The position numbers were made by a program, and so were the translations under genes. From Clostridia bacterium (GTDB lineage Bacteria > Bacillota > Clostridia > Oscillospirales > CAG-382), in assembly GCA_017560085.1 (NCBI GenBank), contig JAFYPA010000052.1:65928-129927 (forward strand): a stretch of DNA of 64,000 nucleotides, read 5' to 3'. The notes beneath the pieces are model-generated. The model searched no databases. It saw only the letters and a list, made by a program, of their open reading frames with translations, and was not told the DNA's origin. Numbering within the stretch: the first letter of the stretch is position 1; every line of letters begins with the position of its first letter. Positions 16,790-26,473 of the stretch are shown piece after piece.

Positions 16790-18460
16790 TTAGCGTTTTT
16801 GGTTGACGGAGAGTACCTTGTAGTAGTTGCCTTTTACGGTTTTGATGGCTGAGGCTTCGAGGTATCTTGCGTCGAGGTCGAGGGTTTCGGCGACGGTGGA
16901 GGCTATCTGGTTTTCTTTTGAGGGGATGAAGTCCTCGGTTTCGCCTCGGTATACTCGGTAGTAGCAATGGAGCGGGTCGTCGATTTTGTCCCAGCTTACT
17001 ATGTTACCCTCTTGCTTTACGTTTTCGGCGTAGATGTCCTCTCTGTCTATGTAGTCTGTTGTGAGTACCGTGAAGGAATCGGGAAGGAGCTTATAGGTGA
17101 ATTTTCCTCCGTTGTGGCATACTGTTTCGGAATAGTCCTGAAGGTCGCCGAATTCGTTCATCGGGACGTTGTGGCTGTCGTAGATGTATGCCCGAAGGTC
17201 GGGCATATTTTTGATTCCGAAGATGTCAAGGTCTATGTCTATTTCCGATTCGGTATGGTTTCTGTTGACAATGCAGATGCTTACCGTGCCGTCACGGTTT
17301 AAAAGGGCGCAGGTGTGGATGTTTCTGTCGGCACATTCAACGCTTAATACCTTTGCGTTTCTTCGGCAGAATCTTGAGATGAGTCCCGAGGAATAATAGC
17401 ATTCACGCACGGAATAGTCTCCGTTGTCCTCCCACTTCATAAGACCCCATTTGTTGTATTTTACGTCCTGGGTATGGGAGATGAATCGCTCGCATTCGCC
17501 CCATTCCTTTGCGAATTTATCCTTGTCGGAATGGTAGTGGCAGACATATGGGTCGGGATAGTCGGTAAATGTCCAGATGACTATGGCAAATACGCCCGCG
17601 TTTATGGATGCGAGAATGATATCCGCAAGAATGAGTGCACCGAGTGCTCCCTCTCCGTTGTAATACCAGCCGTTTACGTCTCTTATAACGCCGTTCAAAA
17701 ACCAGCCGTATTCCTTGCAGTCTACGCTGACACCGACCTCGCCGAGGATGAAGCGCTTGCCGTCACACTGACAGCTCTTTATTACTCTGTCCTCGCATTT
17801 TTCCTTGAACCAGTAGTAAAGATCGGGGTCTGTCATTCTTTCGTAAGAGCCAGAAAGATAGTGATGACCGCACATTTCCTCCGTGATTCGCTTCATATGC
17901 TTTGCGGCGTAGTCCATTGTGTCCCAGGCTTCGACAGGACCTGCATCCGTTGCGAGAAGTCCTATATTGAGGTCATACTTCTGAAATGCCTGAAACAGAA
18001 GCTCGTGGTATTTTTGGAAAAGAGGCAAATCCTCAAGGAGTCCGCCCCAGTCGTTCATTGACATTTCGTTGGAGTAGCAATAATAGCGAAGCTGCTTTAC
18101 TCCTCTTTCGTTCTTGAGGTAGTTAAGACGGGATGCGACATTTTCCGCATACTCCTTTCTTTCCTCGTCATTGAAGTGGAGCTGTCCCTTCGCGGCGGCA
18201 AAGTATATGGGAGTGTCCGTCACCTTCTGCATTCTTTCGTAGTAGTCGGCGAAGGTGTCCATGCTTTCCTTTGTCCAGTTGGGATAGCCCGCAAAGCAAC
18301 GGGAAAAGCCCGGGGAAAGCTCACGGTAGCATTTGCAGATTTTCTGGTCGAAATGCTCCTTTTCTATAAGTCTGTAAAAAAGAGCCTCGTTATTGTGAAA
18401 GCCGAAGCCCCCGAAGAAGGTCGGGAAATCGGGGCGGGTGATTTTCATATTTGTTGACAT
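16790..18460 (-). CDS. Clan GH-A-like glycoside hydrolase with C-terminal Fn3-like domain, paralog 2 (cytoplasmic)
   Basis: 556 aa, roughly 55-65% identical by eye to 14954-16648. Motifs YYCYSNE and ILGEVG are present. There is no signal peptide. Confidence 0.5.
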   Translation of the reverse strand: MSTNMKITRPDFPTFFGGFGFHNNEALFYRLIEKEHFDQKICKCYRELSPGFSRCFAGYPNWTKESMDTFADYYERMQKVTDTPIYFAAAKGQLHFNDEERKEYAENVASRLNYLKNERGVKQLRYYCYSNEMSMNDWGGLLEDLPLFQKYHELLFQAFQKYDLNIGLLATDAGPVEAWDTMDYAAKHMKRITEEMCGHHYLSGSYERMTDPDLYYWFKEKCEDRVIKSCQCDGKRFILGEVGVSVDCKEYGWFLNGVIRDVNGWYYNGEGALGALILADIILASINAGVFAIVIWTFTDYPDPYVCHYHSDKDKFAKEWGECERFISHTQDVKYNKWGLMKWEDNGDYSVRECYYSSGLISRFCRRNAKVLSVECADRNIHTCALLNRDGTVSICIVNRNHTESEIDIDLDIFGIKNMPDLRAYIYDSHNVPMNEFGDLQDYSETVCHNGGKFTYKLLPDSFTVLTTDYIDREDIYAENVKQEGNIVSWDKIDDPLHCYYRVYRGETEDFIPSKENQIASTVAETLDLDARYLEASAIKTVKGNYYKVLSVNQKR

Positions 18461-18473
18461 TGTGATTATTCCT

Positions 18474-18508
18474 TATAAATTAAGAATTAGGAATTCATAA
18501 TTAAGAAT
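18474..18508 (-). repeat. Degenerate tandem heptamer array, 5 copies (mRNA strand UUCUUAA UUAUGAA UUCCUAA UUCUUAA UUUAUAA)
   Basis: The plus strand reads TATAAAT TAAGAAT TAGGAAT TCATAAT TAAGAAT. It fills the spacer from the TAA of the SGNH gene (18508-18510) to the SD AAGGAA of paralog 2. Confidence 0.75.
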
Positions 18509-19143
18509 TATTTTATATCCTTAAGGCTCGCGTAGTATTCCTGGGTGTCGCCGTCAAGACTTTTGCCGTCGTTTTCGCCTTCGACCTCTACACTTCTGAT
18601 TTTCTCGCATACGGCATCGGATAGAATATCTATGCCCTTTTCGCTCGGGTGTATAAGGTCTTCGCAGATGCATCCGTCAAAGTCTGCGGCTACAAGAGGA
18701 TAAAGGTCGTTGACTTCAATACCGAGTCTGTTCATCAGCTCAACTGCGGCTTTATTGTACATTTCGATTTCGGAATTTCTCTGTTCTCCCATAGGAACTC
18801 TGCGGTTGGGATGCACGGGAGTTGTGGTTGCAAAGAACACCTTTGCGCCGGTAGAAAGAAGAATCTTTGCAATTCTTTCAAGATATTCAAGATATACCGG
18901 AAGCGAGGTTCCGTTTTCCTCCTCACCGTAAAAATGACCCGTATCCCAGAGTCCGTTGTTCCAATGAATTATATCGGGCTTCGGGAATGTGGGAAGCCAA
19001 TGACGAAGAGTGTTATGCGTATATGCGGCAAAGCGGCAGTTTTCCGAAGGCCCGAACACGTTGTATTCCTCACCCAGCTTTTCCGCAACCTTTTTTTGAT
19101 AGAACATTCTTATTGAGTCACCGAGAAGAAGTACCTGCTTCAT
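18508..19143 (-). CDS. SGNH/GDSL-family hydrolase (esterase)
   Basis: Block I LLLGDSI, block III WNNGLWD, block V DLIHPSEKG. Confidence 0.8.
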   Translation of the reverse strand: MKQVLLLGDSIRMFYQKKVAEKLGEEYNVFGPSENCRFAAYTHNTLRHWLPTFPKPDIIHWNNGLWDTGHFYGEEENGTSLPVYLEYLERIAKILLSTGAKVFFATTTPVHPNRRVPMGEQRNSEIEMYNKAAVELMNRLGIEVNDLYPLVAADFDGCICEDLIHPSEKGIDILSDAVCEKIRSVEVEGENDGKSLDGDTQEYYASLKDIK

Positions 19144-19297
19144 ATTTTTCTCCTTTGTGGTTATTGTATTTTATATCATTTTATCACACAAAAACGCCTC
19201 TGTCAATCCTAAAAAAGGGATATAAATGCAAATATATTGACATTTTGGGCATTCGGAAAAACGGGAATAATTTTTGTGCGGGACAGCCGAAATATAC

Positions 19298-19326
19298 TTG
19301 ACTTTTGTGTGACAAAGTGCTATAAT
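19298..19326 (+). promoter_or_regulatory. Consensus-like sigma-A promoter for the YgjV-like gene
   Basis: TTGACT (19298-19303), 17 nt, TATAAT (19321-19326). Confidence 0.65.
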
Positions 19327-19358
19327 ACGCTTTGGATTTTTCAATGTGGAGGAAAACT

Positions 19359-19922
19359 ATGGATAAATATCAGATTATAACACAGATCATCGGCTATATT
19401 GCCACTGTGCTTACGGTTTCATCATTCCAGTTCAAGTCTCAGAAGGGCATTATGGCGGTACAGAGCGTTTCTACGGTGCTGTGGACGGTACACTTCTTTA
19501 TGCTCGGTGCGATTTCCGGCTCGCTTCTCAATCTTATGTGCGCAATCCGCTCTATGATTTATGCGAAGAGAAGCACATCCGCTTGGGCAAGACATATCAG
19601 CTGGGTTTACATATTCACAGTTCTTGCGCTTGTGATTTACACTCTTCAGTTTACAACCTTCGGCTATGAAGTAAGCGTAAAGAATATGATAGTACAGTTC
19701 CTTCCCACGCTCGGTGTTATCGCAACAAATGTCGGCTACAGACTTGAGACGGGCTTCAAGGTAAGATGCTCACAGTTCATTTCGAGTCCCTGCTGGCTTA
19801 TTTACAATGCGTTCTCCGGCTCTGTCGGTGGCGTTATAACAGAGGTTATCGCATTCTGCTCAGCAGTTATCGGTGTAATCAGACACGACATCAAGGACCT
19901 TAAAAAGGCAAGACAGAAGTAA
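19359..19922 (+). CDS. YgjV-family inner membrane protein
   Basis: Start moved to ATG 19359 (SD GGAGGAAAA). It is a multi-TM protein beginning MDKYQIITQIIGYIATVLTVSSFQFK, typical of the YgjV family. Confidence 0.6.
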   Translation: MDKYQIITQIIGYIATVLTVSSFQFKSQKGIMAVQSVSTVLWTVHFFMLGAISGSLLNLMCAIRSMIYAKRSTSAWARHISWVYIFTVLALVIYTLQFTTFGYEVSVKNMIVQFLPTLGVIATNVGYRLETGFKVRCSQFISSPCWLIYNAFSGSVGGVITEVIAFCSAVIGVIRHDIKDLKKARQK

Positions 19923-19931
19923 AAACAAAGC

Positions 19932-19968
19932 TCCCGTCGGTGCAAGGCATCGGCGGGATATCTTTTTG
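19932..19968. terminator. Bidirectional intrinsic terminator between convergent genes
   Basis: TCCCGTCG / CGGCGGGA stem with T-rich tracts on both strands. Confidence 0.55.
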
Positions 19969-19972
19969 TATT

Positions 19973-21397
19973 TTATTCGGAAAGAGCCTTATCGCATTCG
20001 TGAAGCATAAGTGCAATAATCTTAACCGCCTCAACGAACTGATTTACACGGAGGATTTCATCACTCTGATGTGCATCACCATGACCTGCGGGAAGCTCGG
20101 GGGTTTCGTTTTCGATATAGCCCGCCTGAAGTCCAACGCTGAATGCGTTCCTGAGGTATCTTGCATATGTGCCTCCGCCCATATAGAAGCCCTTTGCATC
20201 TGGATTGCCGGAAAGCTCGGCATATACTCTTTCAAGACTTACTGCGATTTTGTCGTCACGGGGAATTGCAAAGCCTGCTTTGTTTTCGTGGATATATGCC
20301 TTAGGATATGCGGAGGTGATTCTTGATTCAAGCTCATTTGCCGTAATGCCTGTGCCGTATCTTATATCAAGGGCGATATTGGGTACTCCGTCCTCAAGCG
20401 AGCAGATGCCGTTTACGCTTGTAAGCTTGCCAAAGCAATCGTCACAGCAGGCAATACCGAGCTTTTCGCCGTAGAAGTCACCCGCAAGGTCTGCTATCTG
20501 TGCGAGCATATCTCTGTCGTTCTTGCAGAGCGAGGGGCATTCGCAAAGTGCGAGAGAAACCACGTTTGCGGCATTCACACCACCCTCGGGGCTTGCGGCG
20601 TGCTTGGGAAGTCCCGTGCCGCGGATGACGATGAGGTCGCCGTCCTTTTCGGCTTCGAGGAATTTGTTGTCCTTTGCCTTGTCGCAGATTTCGTTATAGA
20701 GTGCGTCGTTGTACTTGATTTTAACAAGAAGTCTGTCCAGCATAATGTTGTATGCCGTGCCGCCGCAGAATTCGGTAATTTCCTCAAATTTGCCGTCGAT
20801 AATCATATGTGCACGGCAGATGCCCTTTTCTCCGAAGGACACGGGGAAGCCTGCATCGGGAACTATGCTGACATCGGGCATTTTGTTTTCTCTTGCGAAG
20901 GCTTCGATATCCGCCATACCGCACTCCTCGTTTGAGCCAAGGAAAACGGAAACCTTGTTCTTGAGTCCAAGTCCCGCATATTCAAGAAGCTTTACGGCAT
21001 ATATGGAAGCTGCAACGCCCGCCTTGTTGTCCTCAACACCTCTGCCTACAAGGACATCGCCCATTCTTTTAGGCTCAAAGGGCTTTGTGTAAATCCAGTC
21101 CTCGGGGGAAACGGGTACTACATCGGTGTGTGCAAAAAGACCGATTGTCTTGTCTCCGCTGCCGTAATTCATAAGACCGTAGCTTCCGTCCGAGCTTACA
21201 CCGCCCGTAAAGCCGTGCTGCTTCATTATTTCAACAGCCGCATCAAGGCACTCTCGGCAGGGCTTTCCGAAGGGGGCGCCCTCTGTGCCTTCCTCGAGAA
21301 TCGAGGGGTACTTTGCGAGGTTCAGTATTACATCAAGCATTTCATCCTTGTGAAGTGCAATATATTCGTCCATCTTTTTTGTTATTTCCTGATACAT
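19973..21397 (-). CDS. M20-family dipeptidase (PepV/Sapep-like)
   Basis: Motifs LFAHTDVVP and GRGVEDNKAG; 474 aa, a size typical of PepV-like dipeptidases. Confidence 0.8.
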   Translation of the reverse strand: MYQEITKKMDEYIALHKDEMLDVILNLAKYPSILEEGTEGAPFGKPCRECLDAAVEIMKQHGFTGGVSSDGSYGLMNYGSGDKTIGLFAHTDVVPVSPEDWIYTKPFEPKRMGDVLVGRGVEDNKAGVAASIYAVKLLEYAGLGLKNKVSVFLGSNEECGMADIEAFARENKMPDVSIVPDAGFPVSFGEKGICRAHMIIDGKFEEITEFCGGTAYNIMLDRLLVKIKYNDALYNEICDKAKDNKFLEAEKDGDLIVIRGTGLPKHAASPEGGVNAANVVSLALCECPSLCKNDRDMLAQIADLAGDFYGEKLGIACCDDCFGKLTSVNGICSLEDGVPNIALDIRYGTGITANELESRITSAYPKAYIHENKAGFAIPRDDKIAVSLERVYAELSGNPDAKGFYMGGGTYARYLRNAFSVGLQAGYIENETPELPAGHGDAHQSDEILRVNQFVEAVKIIALMLHECDKALSE

Positions 21398-21597
21398 TTT
21401 ATAAATCCTTTCGATGATAATTTGTTATAGTCTGTCCGTTTTTCGCATTTTTAAAGCACGGAAACAATACCTTGTTATTTTACAATTTTTATTGTGATTT
21501 GTCAATAGAAAAAAGCACAAGTCTCTCCACATATTTTTAATTTTACAAATATATGTTCATAATAGTATGTTATAATTAGGGTAACGGAGGTGATTTT

Positions 21598-22764
21598 ATG
21601 CCACTTATTCTTGCTGAAAGCGATATTACAAAAATGAATGTCGATGCGATTGTAAATCCCGCCAATCCCACGCTTCTGGGCGGTGGAGGTCTTGACGGTG
21701 AGATACACAAGGCTGCAGGCACAAAACTTCTTGATGAGTGCAGAAGGCTCGGAGGCTGTAAGACGGGCGAGGCTAAAATCACAAAGGGATACGACCTTCC
21801 CGCAAAATACATAATTCACACGGTAGGTCCAATATGGCAGGGCGGAAGCGGTAACGAGCGCGAGCTTCTTTGTGAGTGCTACCGCAATGCCCTTGCTCTT
21901 GCCTTGAAAAAGAGATGTCGCACGGTTGCCGTTCCGATTATTTCGGCAGGTGCGTACGGATATCCCATAGCCGAGGCAACTGAGATTGCGAAAAGGGAAA
22001 TTCTTCGCTTCCTTGATGAGTATGACGGTATTACAGTATATCTTTTGAAGCGCCGTGATATGATGCCGGAAAAGGGACGCTTGTACTCTCAGATTGAGTA
22101 CTATATGATGCAAAACGGCATTTCGGGTACGGATGACATACCGAAGAGCTTATTTACTGTTTCCGACAGAAATGTGGTGGATAAATGCGAATGCTCCGCG
22201 CCGTGTACGGAGGTCGAGTCTCTTTTTGCTGAAGAGGAGCGGGTTGACGGATGCATTTGCGAGGATTCGGATTACCCGATGCAACAGTCACCTGTGCGGA
22301 AATCACGCTCTGCGAAGGTGTGGGAAAGCTCCGCTCCGAGTGTTATCGGAAGTGCAATTCCGAAGATGGCGAAGGCTTCCGCAAAAAAGAGCAACAGCCT
22401 TGAGGATATGCTGGACAATCTCGATATGAGCTTTTCCGAAACATTACTTCAATTGATAGATGCCTCGGGAATGTCGGATGCCGAGTGCTACAAGCGGGCG
22501 AATATCGACAGAAAGCTGTTCTCAAAAATAAGGAGCAACAAGAACTACAAGCCGTCAAAATCCACCGTACTTGCGTTTGCGATTGCGTTGAGGCTGAATC
22601 TCGACGACACCCGTATGCTTCTTGAAAGAGCGGGCTTTGCACTGTCACCGTCAAGCAAATTCGATGTTATAATTCAGTTTTTTATAACAAACGGAAATTA
22701 CGACATATACGAAATAAACGATGCTCTCTTCGCTTTTGACCAGAATCTTTTGGGTGCATCATAA
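21598..22764 (+). CDS. Macro-domain (ADP-ribose binding/hydrolase) protein fused to a C-terminal HTH-like domain
   Basis: The N-terminus [26 protein letters not shown] is a macro-domain signature. The C-terminal ~115 aa ([49 protein letters not shown]) look like an XRE-type HTH module. Confidence 0.75.
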   Translation: MPLILAESDITKMNVDAIVNPANPTLLGGGGLDGEIHKAAGTKLLDECRRLGGCKTGEAKITKGYDLPAKYIIHTVGPIWQGGSGNERELLCECYRNALALALKKRCRTVAVPIISAGAYGYPIAEATEIAKREILRFLDEYDGITVYLLKRRDMMPEKGRLYSQIEYYMMQNGISGTDDIPKSLFTVSDRNVVDKCECSAPCTEVESLFAEEERVDGCICEDSDYPMQQSPVRKSRSAKVWESSAPSVIGSAIPKMAKASAKKSNSLEDMLDNLDMSFSETLLQLIDASGMSDAECYKRANIDRKLFSKIRSNKNYKPSKSTVLAFAIALRLNLDDTRMLLERAGFALSPSSKFDVIIQFFITNGNYDIYEINDALFAFDQNLLGAS

Positions 22765-22781
22765 CAAATAAGGAGATAATT

Positions 22782-23258
22782 ATGGCATTTACAATAAGAG
22801 AAGCAACCGAATACGAGGTTGCGGACATACTTGATTTTATAAACCGTCTTGCGGCATACGAAAATCTCTCAGGCGCTGTTGTCGCAACGGAGGCTATGCT
22901 TCACGAATGGATATTTGCAAGAAAATCGGCAGAGGTGCTTTTCGCCCTTGAGGACGACAAGAAGGTAGGCTTTGCGCTGTTTTTCCACAACTTCTCTACC
23001 TTCCTCGGCAGAAGTGGACTTTATCTTGAGGATTTGTTCGTGCTTCCCGAGTACCGTGGCAAGGGCTACGGCAAGGCACTTTTACAGACTATGGCGAGAA
23101 TTGCGGTAGAGAGAGGCTACGGCAGAATGGAATGGAGCTGTCTTGACTGGAACGAGAACAGCATAGCCTTCTACAAGTCGCTGGGTGCCGTTCCTATGGA
23201 CGAATGGACGGTTTACAGACTTGAGGGCAAGACCCTTGAGGATGTAGCGGGAGTATAA
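22782..23258 (+). CDS. GNAT-family N-acetyltransferase (diamine acetyltransferase-like)
   Basis: Acetyl-CoA motif YRGKGYGKALL; 158 aa. Confidence 0.8.
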   Translation: MAFTIREATEYEVADILDFINRLAAYENLSGAVVATEAMLHEWIFARKSAEVLFALEDDKKVGFALFFHNFSTFLGRSGLYLEDLFVLPEYRGKGYGKALLQTMARIAVERGYGRMEWSCLDWNENSIAFYKSLGAVPMDEWTVYRLEGKTLEDVAGV

Positions 23259-23282
23259 AAAAGAGCAAAGGAATTATATATT

Positions 23283-24140
23283 ATGGGAAACATTAAAACG
23301 GGACTTGTTCTTGAGGGCGGTGCTATGCGCGGAATGTTCACCGCGGGCGTGCTTGACGTTTTTATAGAGAACGGCATTGATTTCGACGGACTAATAGGCG
23401 TTTCCGCAGGTGCTTGCTTCGGATGCAGTTATCAGTCTTGGCAAAAGGGCAGGACATACAGATACAACATCAAATACTGCCGTGACAAGAGGTATTGCTC
23501 CTTCAGGAATCTTATTCTCACAGGGGATATGTACGGCAAGAAGTTCTGCTACTACGACCTTCCCGAAAAGCTTGACGTGTTTGACAAAGAAGCCTTCAAC
23601 AACAGCAGAATGAAATTTTATATAGTGGCAACGGATGTGGAAACAGGCAAGCCCGTTTACCGCTCCTTTGACAAGGCAGAGGGCGATTTCACGGAATTTA
23701 TGCGTGCCTCGGCATCTATGCCCTTTGTTTCAAGAATTGTAAGGGTGGGCGGCAAAAAACTTCTTGACGGAGGTATTTCCGATTCAATTCCGCTGGAATA
23801 CTTTGAGAAGGAGGGCTACAACAGAAATATAGTTGTAACCACACGTGAGCTCGGATATACAAAGGAAAAGAATCCGCTCTCCCCCATCGCTCCGCTTGTA
23901 TATGCAAGATATCCCAATATGGCAAAGGCTATTGCGGAAAGACATATTATGTACAACAGACAGCTTGAATATATTGCAGAGCGCGAAAAAAGCGGCGAGG
24001 TGCTTGTTATCCGTCCGGAAAAGCCCCTTGAGCTCAAGCACGCGGAGCACGATGAGGAAAAGCTCCGTGTCGCATACGAAAGCGGTCGTGCGGTTGCGGA
24101 AAAGAGACTTGCCGAGATTAAAAAATTCCTCGGAATATAA
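23283..24140 (+). CDS. Patatin-like phospholipase
   Basis: Oxyanion GGAMRG, nucleophile elbow GVSAGA, catalytic Asp LLDGGISD. Confidence 0.85.
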   Translation: MGNIKTGLVLEGGAMRGMFTAGVLDVFIENGIDFDGLIGVSAGACFGCSYQSWQKGRTYRYNIKYCRDKRYCSFRNLILTGDMYGKKFCYYDLPEKLDVFDKEAFNNSRMKFYIVATDVETGKPVYRSFDKAEGDFTEFMRASASMPFVSRIVRVGGKKLLDGGISDSIPLEYFEKEGYNRNIVVTTRELGYTKEKNPLSPIAPLVYARYPNMAKAIAERHIMYNRQLEYIAEREKSGEVLVIRPEKPLELKHAEHDEEKLRVAYESGRAVAEKRLAEIKKFLGI

Positions 24141-24257
24141 TTTTCATTTGTCGCATGACAAGCGACCTTTCATATTTAAAAATGTGTATAATAATAACCG
24201 TAAGGAACAAACAAGACCTTGCGGTTAAATATTTTATATATGAAAGGAAAAAAGACC

Positions 24258-24968
24258 ATGAGCTTTTTCAAGAACACATTCACAAAGAACGCCACAGAAA
24301 ACACAGAATCCACAGTAAAGACAGAAAACAACATCTGCGAGCTTGTATTCATCCTTGACAGAAGCGGATCTATGTCGGGACTTGAGAAGGACACCATCGG
24401 AGGCTTCAACTCCCTTATCGGAAAGCAGAAGCAGGAGGAGGGCGAATGCCTTGTAACAACCGTCCTTTTTGACCACGAATCCGAAATGATTCACGACAGA
24501 GTAAATCTCAAGATGATTTCTCCCATGACCGATAAGGAATATTATGTAAGAGGCTCAACGGCACTTCTTGATGCTGTCGGTCAGACAATCGAGCATATTG
24601 ACAACGTAAGAAAGTACATTCGCTCCGAGGATGTTCCCTCAAAGACTCTTTTCGTTATAACCACAGACGGAATGGAGAATGCAAGCAGACGCTTCAATGC
24701 AGAAAAGATAAAGTCTATGGTAAAGAGCAAGCAGGAAAAGGACGGCTGGGAATTCATCTTTATGGGTGCTAACATTGATGCTGTTTCCGCTGCGGACAAC
24801 ATAGGAATCCGTGAGGACAGAGCGGTAAAATATTGCAGTGACTCCGCGGGTACGGCGATGAACTACGATGCCGTATGCTATGCGGCATCCGCCGTAAGAT
24901 GTTCAAAGCCCCTCGGCAGAGAGTGGAAGTCGGGCATCGAGGAATACGAAAGAAAGAGTAGGAAATAA
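24258..24968 (+). CDS. von Willebrand factor A (vWA) domain protein
   Basis: Start moved to ATG 24258 (SD AAAGGA). MIDAS motif LDRSGSM is present, with a downstream TTDG. Confidence 0.75.
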   Translation: MSFFKNTFTKNATENTESTVKTENNICELVFILDRSGSMSGLEKDTIGGFNSLIGKQKQEEGECLVTTVLFDHESEMIHDRVNLKMISPMTDKEYYVRGSTALLDAVGQTIEHIDNVRKYIRSEDVPSKTLFVITTDGMENASRRFNAEKIKSMVKSKQEKDGWEFIFMGANIDAVSAADNIGIREDRAVKYCSDSAGTAMNYDAVCYAASAVRCSKPLGREWKSGIEEYERKSRK

Positions 24969-24969
24969 G

Positions 24970-25006
24970 AAAAAAAGGAGAGTCTCAGACTCTCCCAATT
25001 TTTATT
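24970..25006. terminator. Bidirectional intrinsic terminator
   Basis: GGAGAGTC tca GACTCTCC, flanked by an A-run and a T-rich tract, between convergent genes. Confidence 0.7.
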
Positions 25007-26473
25007 TTACTTCTTTTCTGCTTCGTATTCAGCCTTTATGGACTTGAACAAATCATAAAGGTCCTTTGTTGTAAGGTCATTGTCACCGTCTACGTCTGCG
25101 ATAACAGCCTCGCCCCAGTCGTGGTTAAGGTCCTTAATACCCATTGCGATGTATTCGGCTACTCTCTGAAGGTCGTAGCTCTGGATTCCGCCGTCTGCGT
25201 CCATATCGCCGTAGTTGATGTAGTAGTAGCCGCTGTTCTTGAAGTATTCTTCAGCCTTGGAGCCCTTAACTGTAACGTATGTCGGACCGCTTGTGCTTCC
25301 GAATGCTGTGGAAGCGAGTGCTTCGATGCTTGCGGGTACTGTTACATAGGAGAACCAGAGGTTGCCGTAGCCGCCTTCTGCTATAGTCTTTACGGTTTCG
25401 GGAATTCTGTAGTAGTAAAGCTCAACATCCTCAGGAGTTTCGCCGAAGCAGTTCCAGAAGGAGCCTACATTAACATTTACGATTACACCTGCATCGAGCT
25501 GATAAAGCTTTCTGTCATTCCAGAATGCGCATTCACCGATTGTTGCAAGCTTGCTTGCCTTTGTGCCTGTGTTCTTGAAGCTTACAAGCTCGGAGCAGTT
25601 TGCGAAGGAGCAGAAGCCGATGCTTGTAAGGCCGCCCTTGTATTCAACTGTCTTAAGGGATGTACAGCCTGCAAATGCCATATCGCCAACCTTTGTGCAG
25701 GATGCGGGAATTTCTATGGATTTAAGGCTTCTGCAGCCGTAGAATGCGTTGTTGCCGATTGTAACGAGATCCTCGCCGAGGTCAACGGATGTGATGCCCT
25801 TGCCGAAAAATGCATCAGCAACTGCAAGTGTACCATCGGGGAGAACAACATCTGTCTTTGAGCCGTTGTACTTTACAAGCACGCTTCCGAGCATTACGAA
25901 TTCATCTGTCAGACCGTCCATATAAGGTGTGAGACCGAATACGGATGAGCCTATGTCGGAAAGCTTTGTCTGAGCCGATGTGTTTGTTACGCTTGTAAGC
26001 TTGGGGCAATAATAGAATGAGTTATTACCGATTGTTGTAATCTTGGAGTTCTTTGAGCTTGAGTTAAAAGCAACGCTGTAAAGCTTGGGACAGTATGAGA
26101 AGCAGTTCTCACCGATTGTTACAAGGTTTGTAGCGTTTGTGAAGGAAACGGTTTCGAGAGTTTCAATACCGGAGCCTACGCCGTCTGCAATTGCGATAAT
26201 CTTGCATTCTGTGCTGCCCGACTTTACCGTTGCGGGAACTGCGGCACCCTTTGCGGTTTCGGAAACGGCAATTACCTTTGCGGTCTTTGCGGATGTATCA
26301 CATTCGTATGTAAATACGCCTGAGGTTACCTCGTTGATAGCGAGAAGCTCTGCTTCCTCTGTAAGAACGGCTTCCTCTGTGATTTCTTCAACTTCCTGTG
26401 CATTTACTGCTACTGCACTTCCGAATACGGAAAGTGTTGCGAGAGATATCGCCAAAATCTTCTTGAAGTTCAT
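25007..26473 (-). CDS. Secreted BspA-type leucine-rich-repeat protein with C-terminal dockerin
   Basis: Signal peptide MNFKKILAISLATLSVFGSAVAVNA. LRR units recur (IGxxAFxxCxxLxSVxF). The C-terminal duplicated Ca-binding segments DMDADGGIQSYDL and DVDGDNDLTTKDL indicate a dockerin. Confidence 0.75.
   Translation of the reverse strand: MNFKKILAISLATLSVFGSAVAVNAQEVEEITEEAVLTEEAELLAINEVTSGVFTYECDTSAKTAKVIAVSETAKGAAVPATVKSGSTECKIIAIADGVGSGIETLETVSFTNATNLVTIGENCFSYCPKLYSVAFNSSSKNSKITTIGNNSFYYCPKLTSVTNTSAQTKLSDIGSSVFGLTPYMDGLTDEFVMLGSVLVKYNGSKTDVVLPDGTLAVADAFFGKGITSVDLGEDLVTIGNNAFYGCRSLKSIEIPASCTKVGDMAFAGCTSLKTVEYKGGLTSIGFCSFANCSELVSFKNTGTKASKLATIGECAFWNDRKLYQLDAGVIVNVNVGSFWNCFGETPEDVELYYYRIPETVKTIAEGGYGNLWFSYVTVPASIEALASTAFGSTSGPTYVTVKGSKAEEYFKNSGYYYINYGDMDADGGIQSYDLQRVAEYIAMGIKDLNHDWGEAVIADVDGDNDLTTKDLYDLFKSIKAEYEAEKK

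Noticed and set aside
16649-16967. N-terminal extension of ORF 14954-16762 and ORF 16437-16967 (peptides containing MHYALCIMHYAL)
   Set aside because: These frames simply read through the heptamer array and palindrome. The paralog alignment and an AAAGGAG SD support ATG 16648 as the true start.
15131-18457. Plus-strand ORFs 15131-16045, 17474-18061 and 18176-18457 antisense to the GH-A-like paralogs
   Set aside because: The two minus-strand frames are mutually homologous over their full length, which fixes the coding strand.
21502-22113. 203-aa minus-strand ORF overlapping the macro-domain gene
   Set aside because: The plus-strand frame has the macro-domain signature and a strong SD. The antisense ORF has neither.
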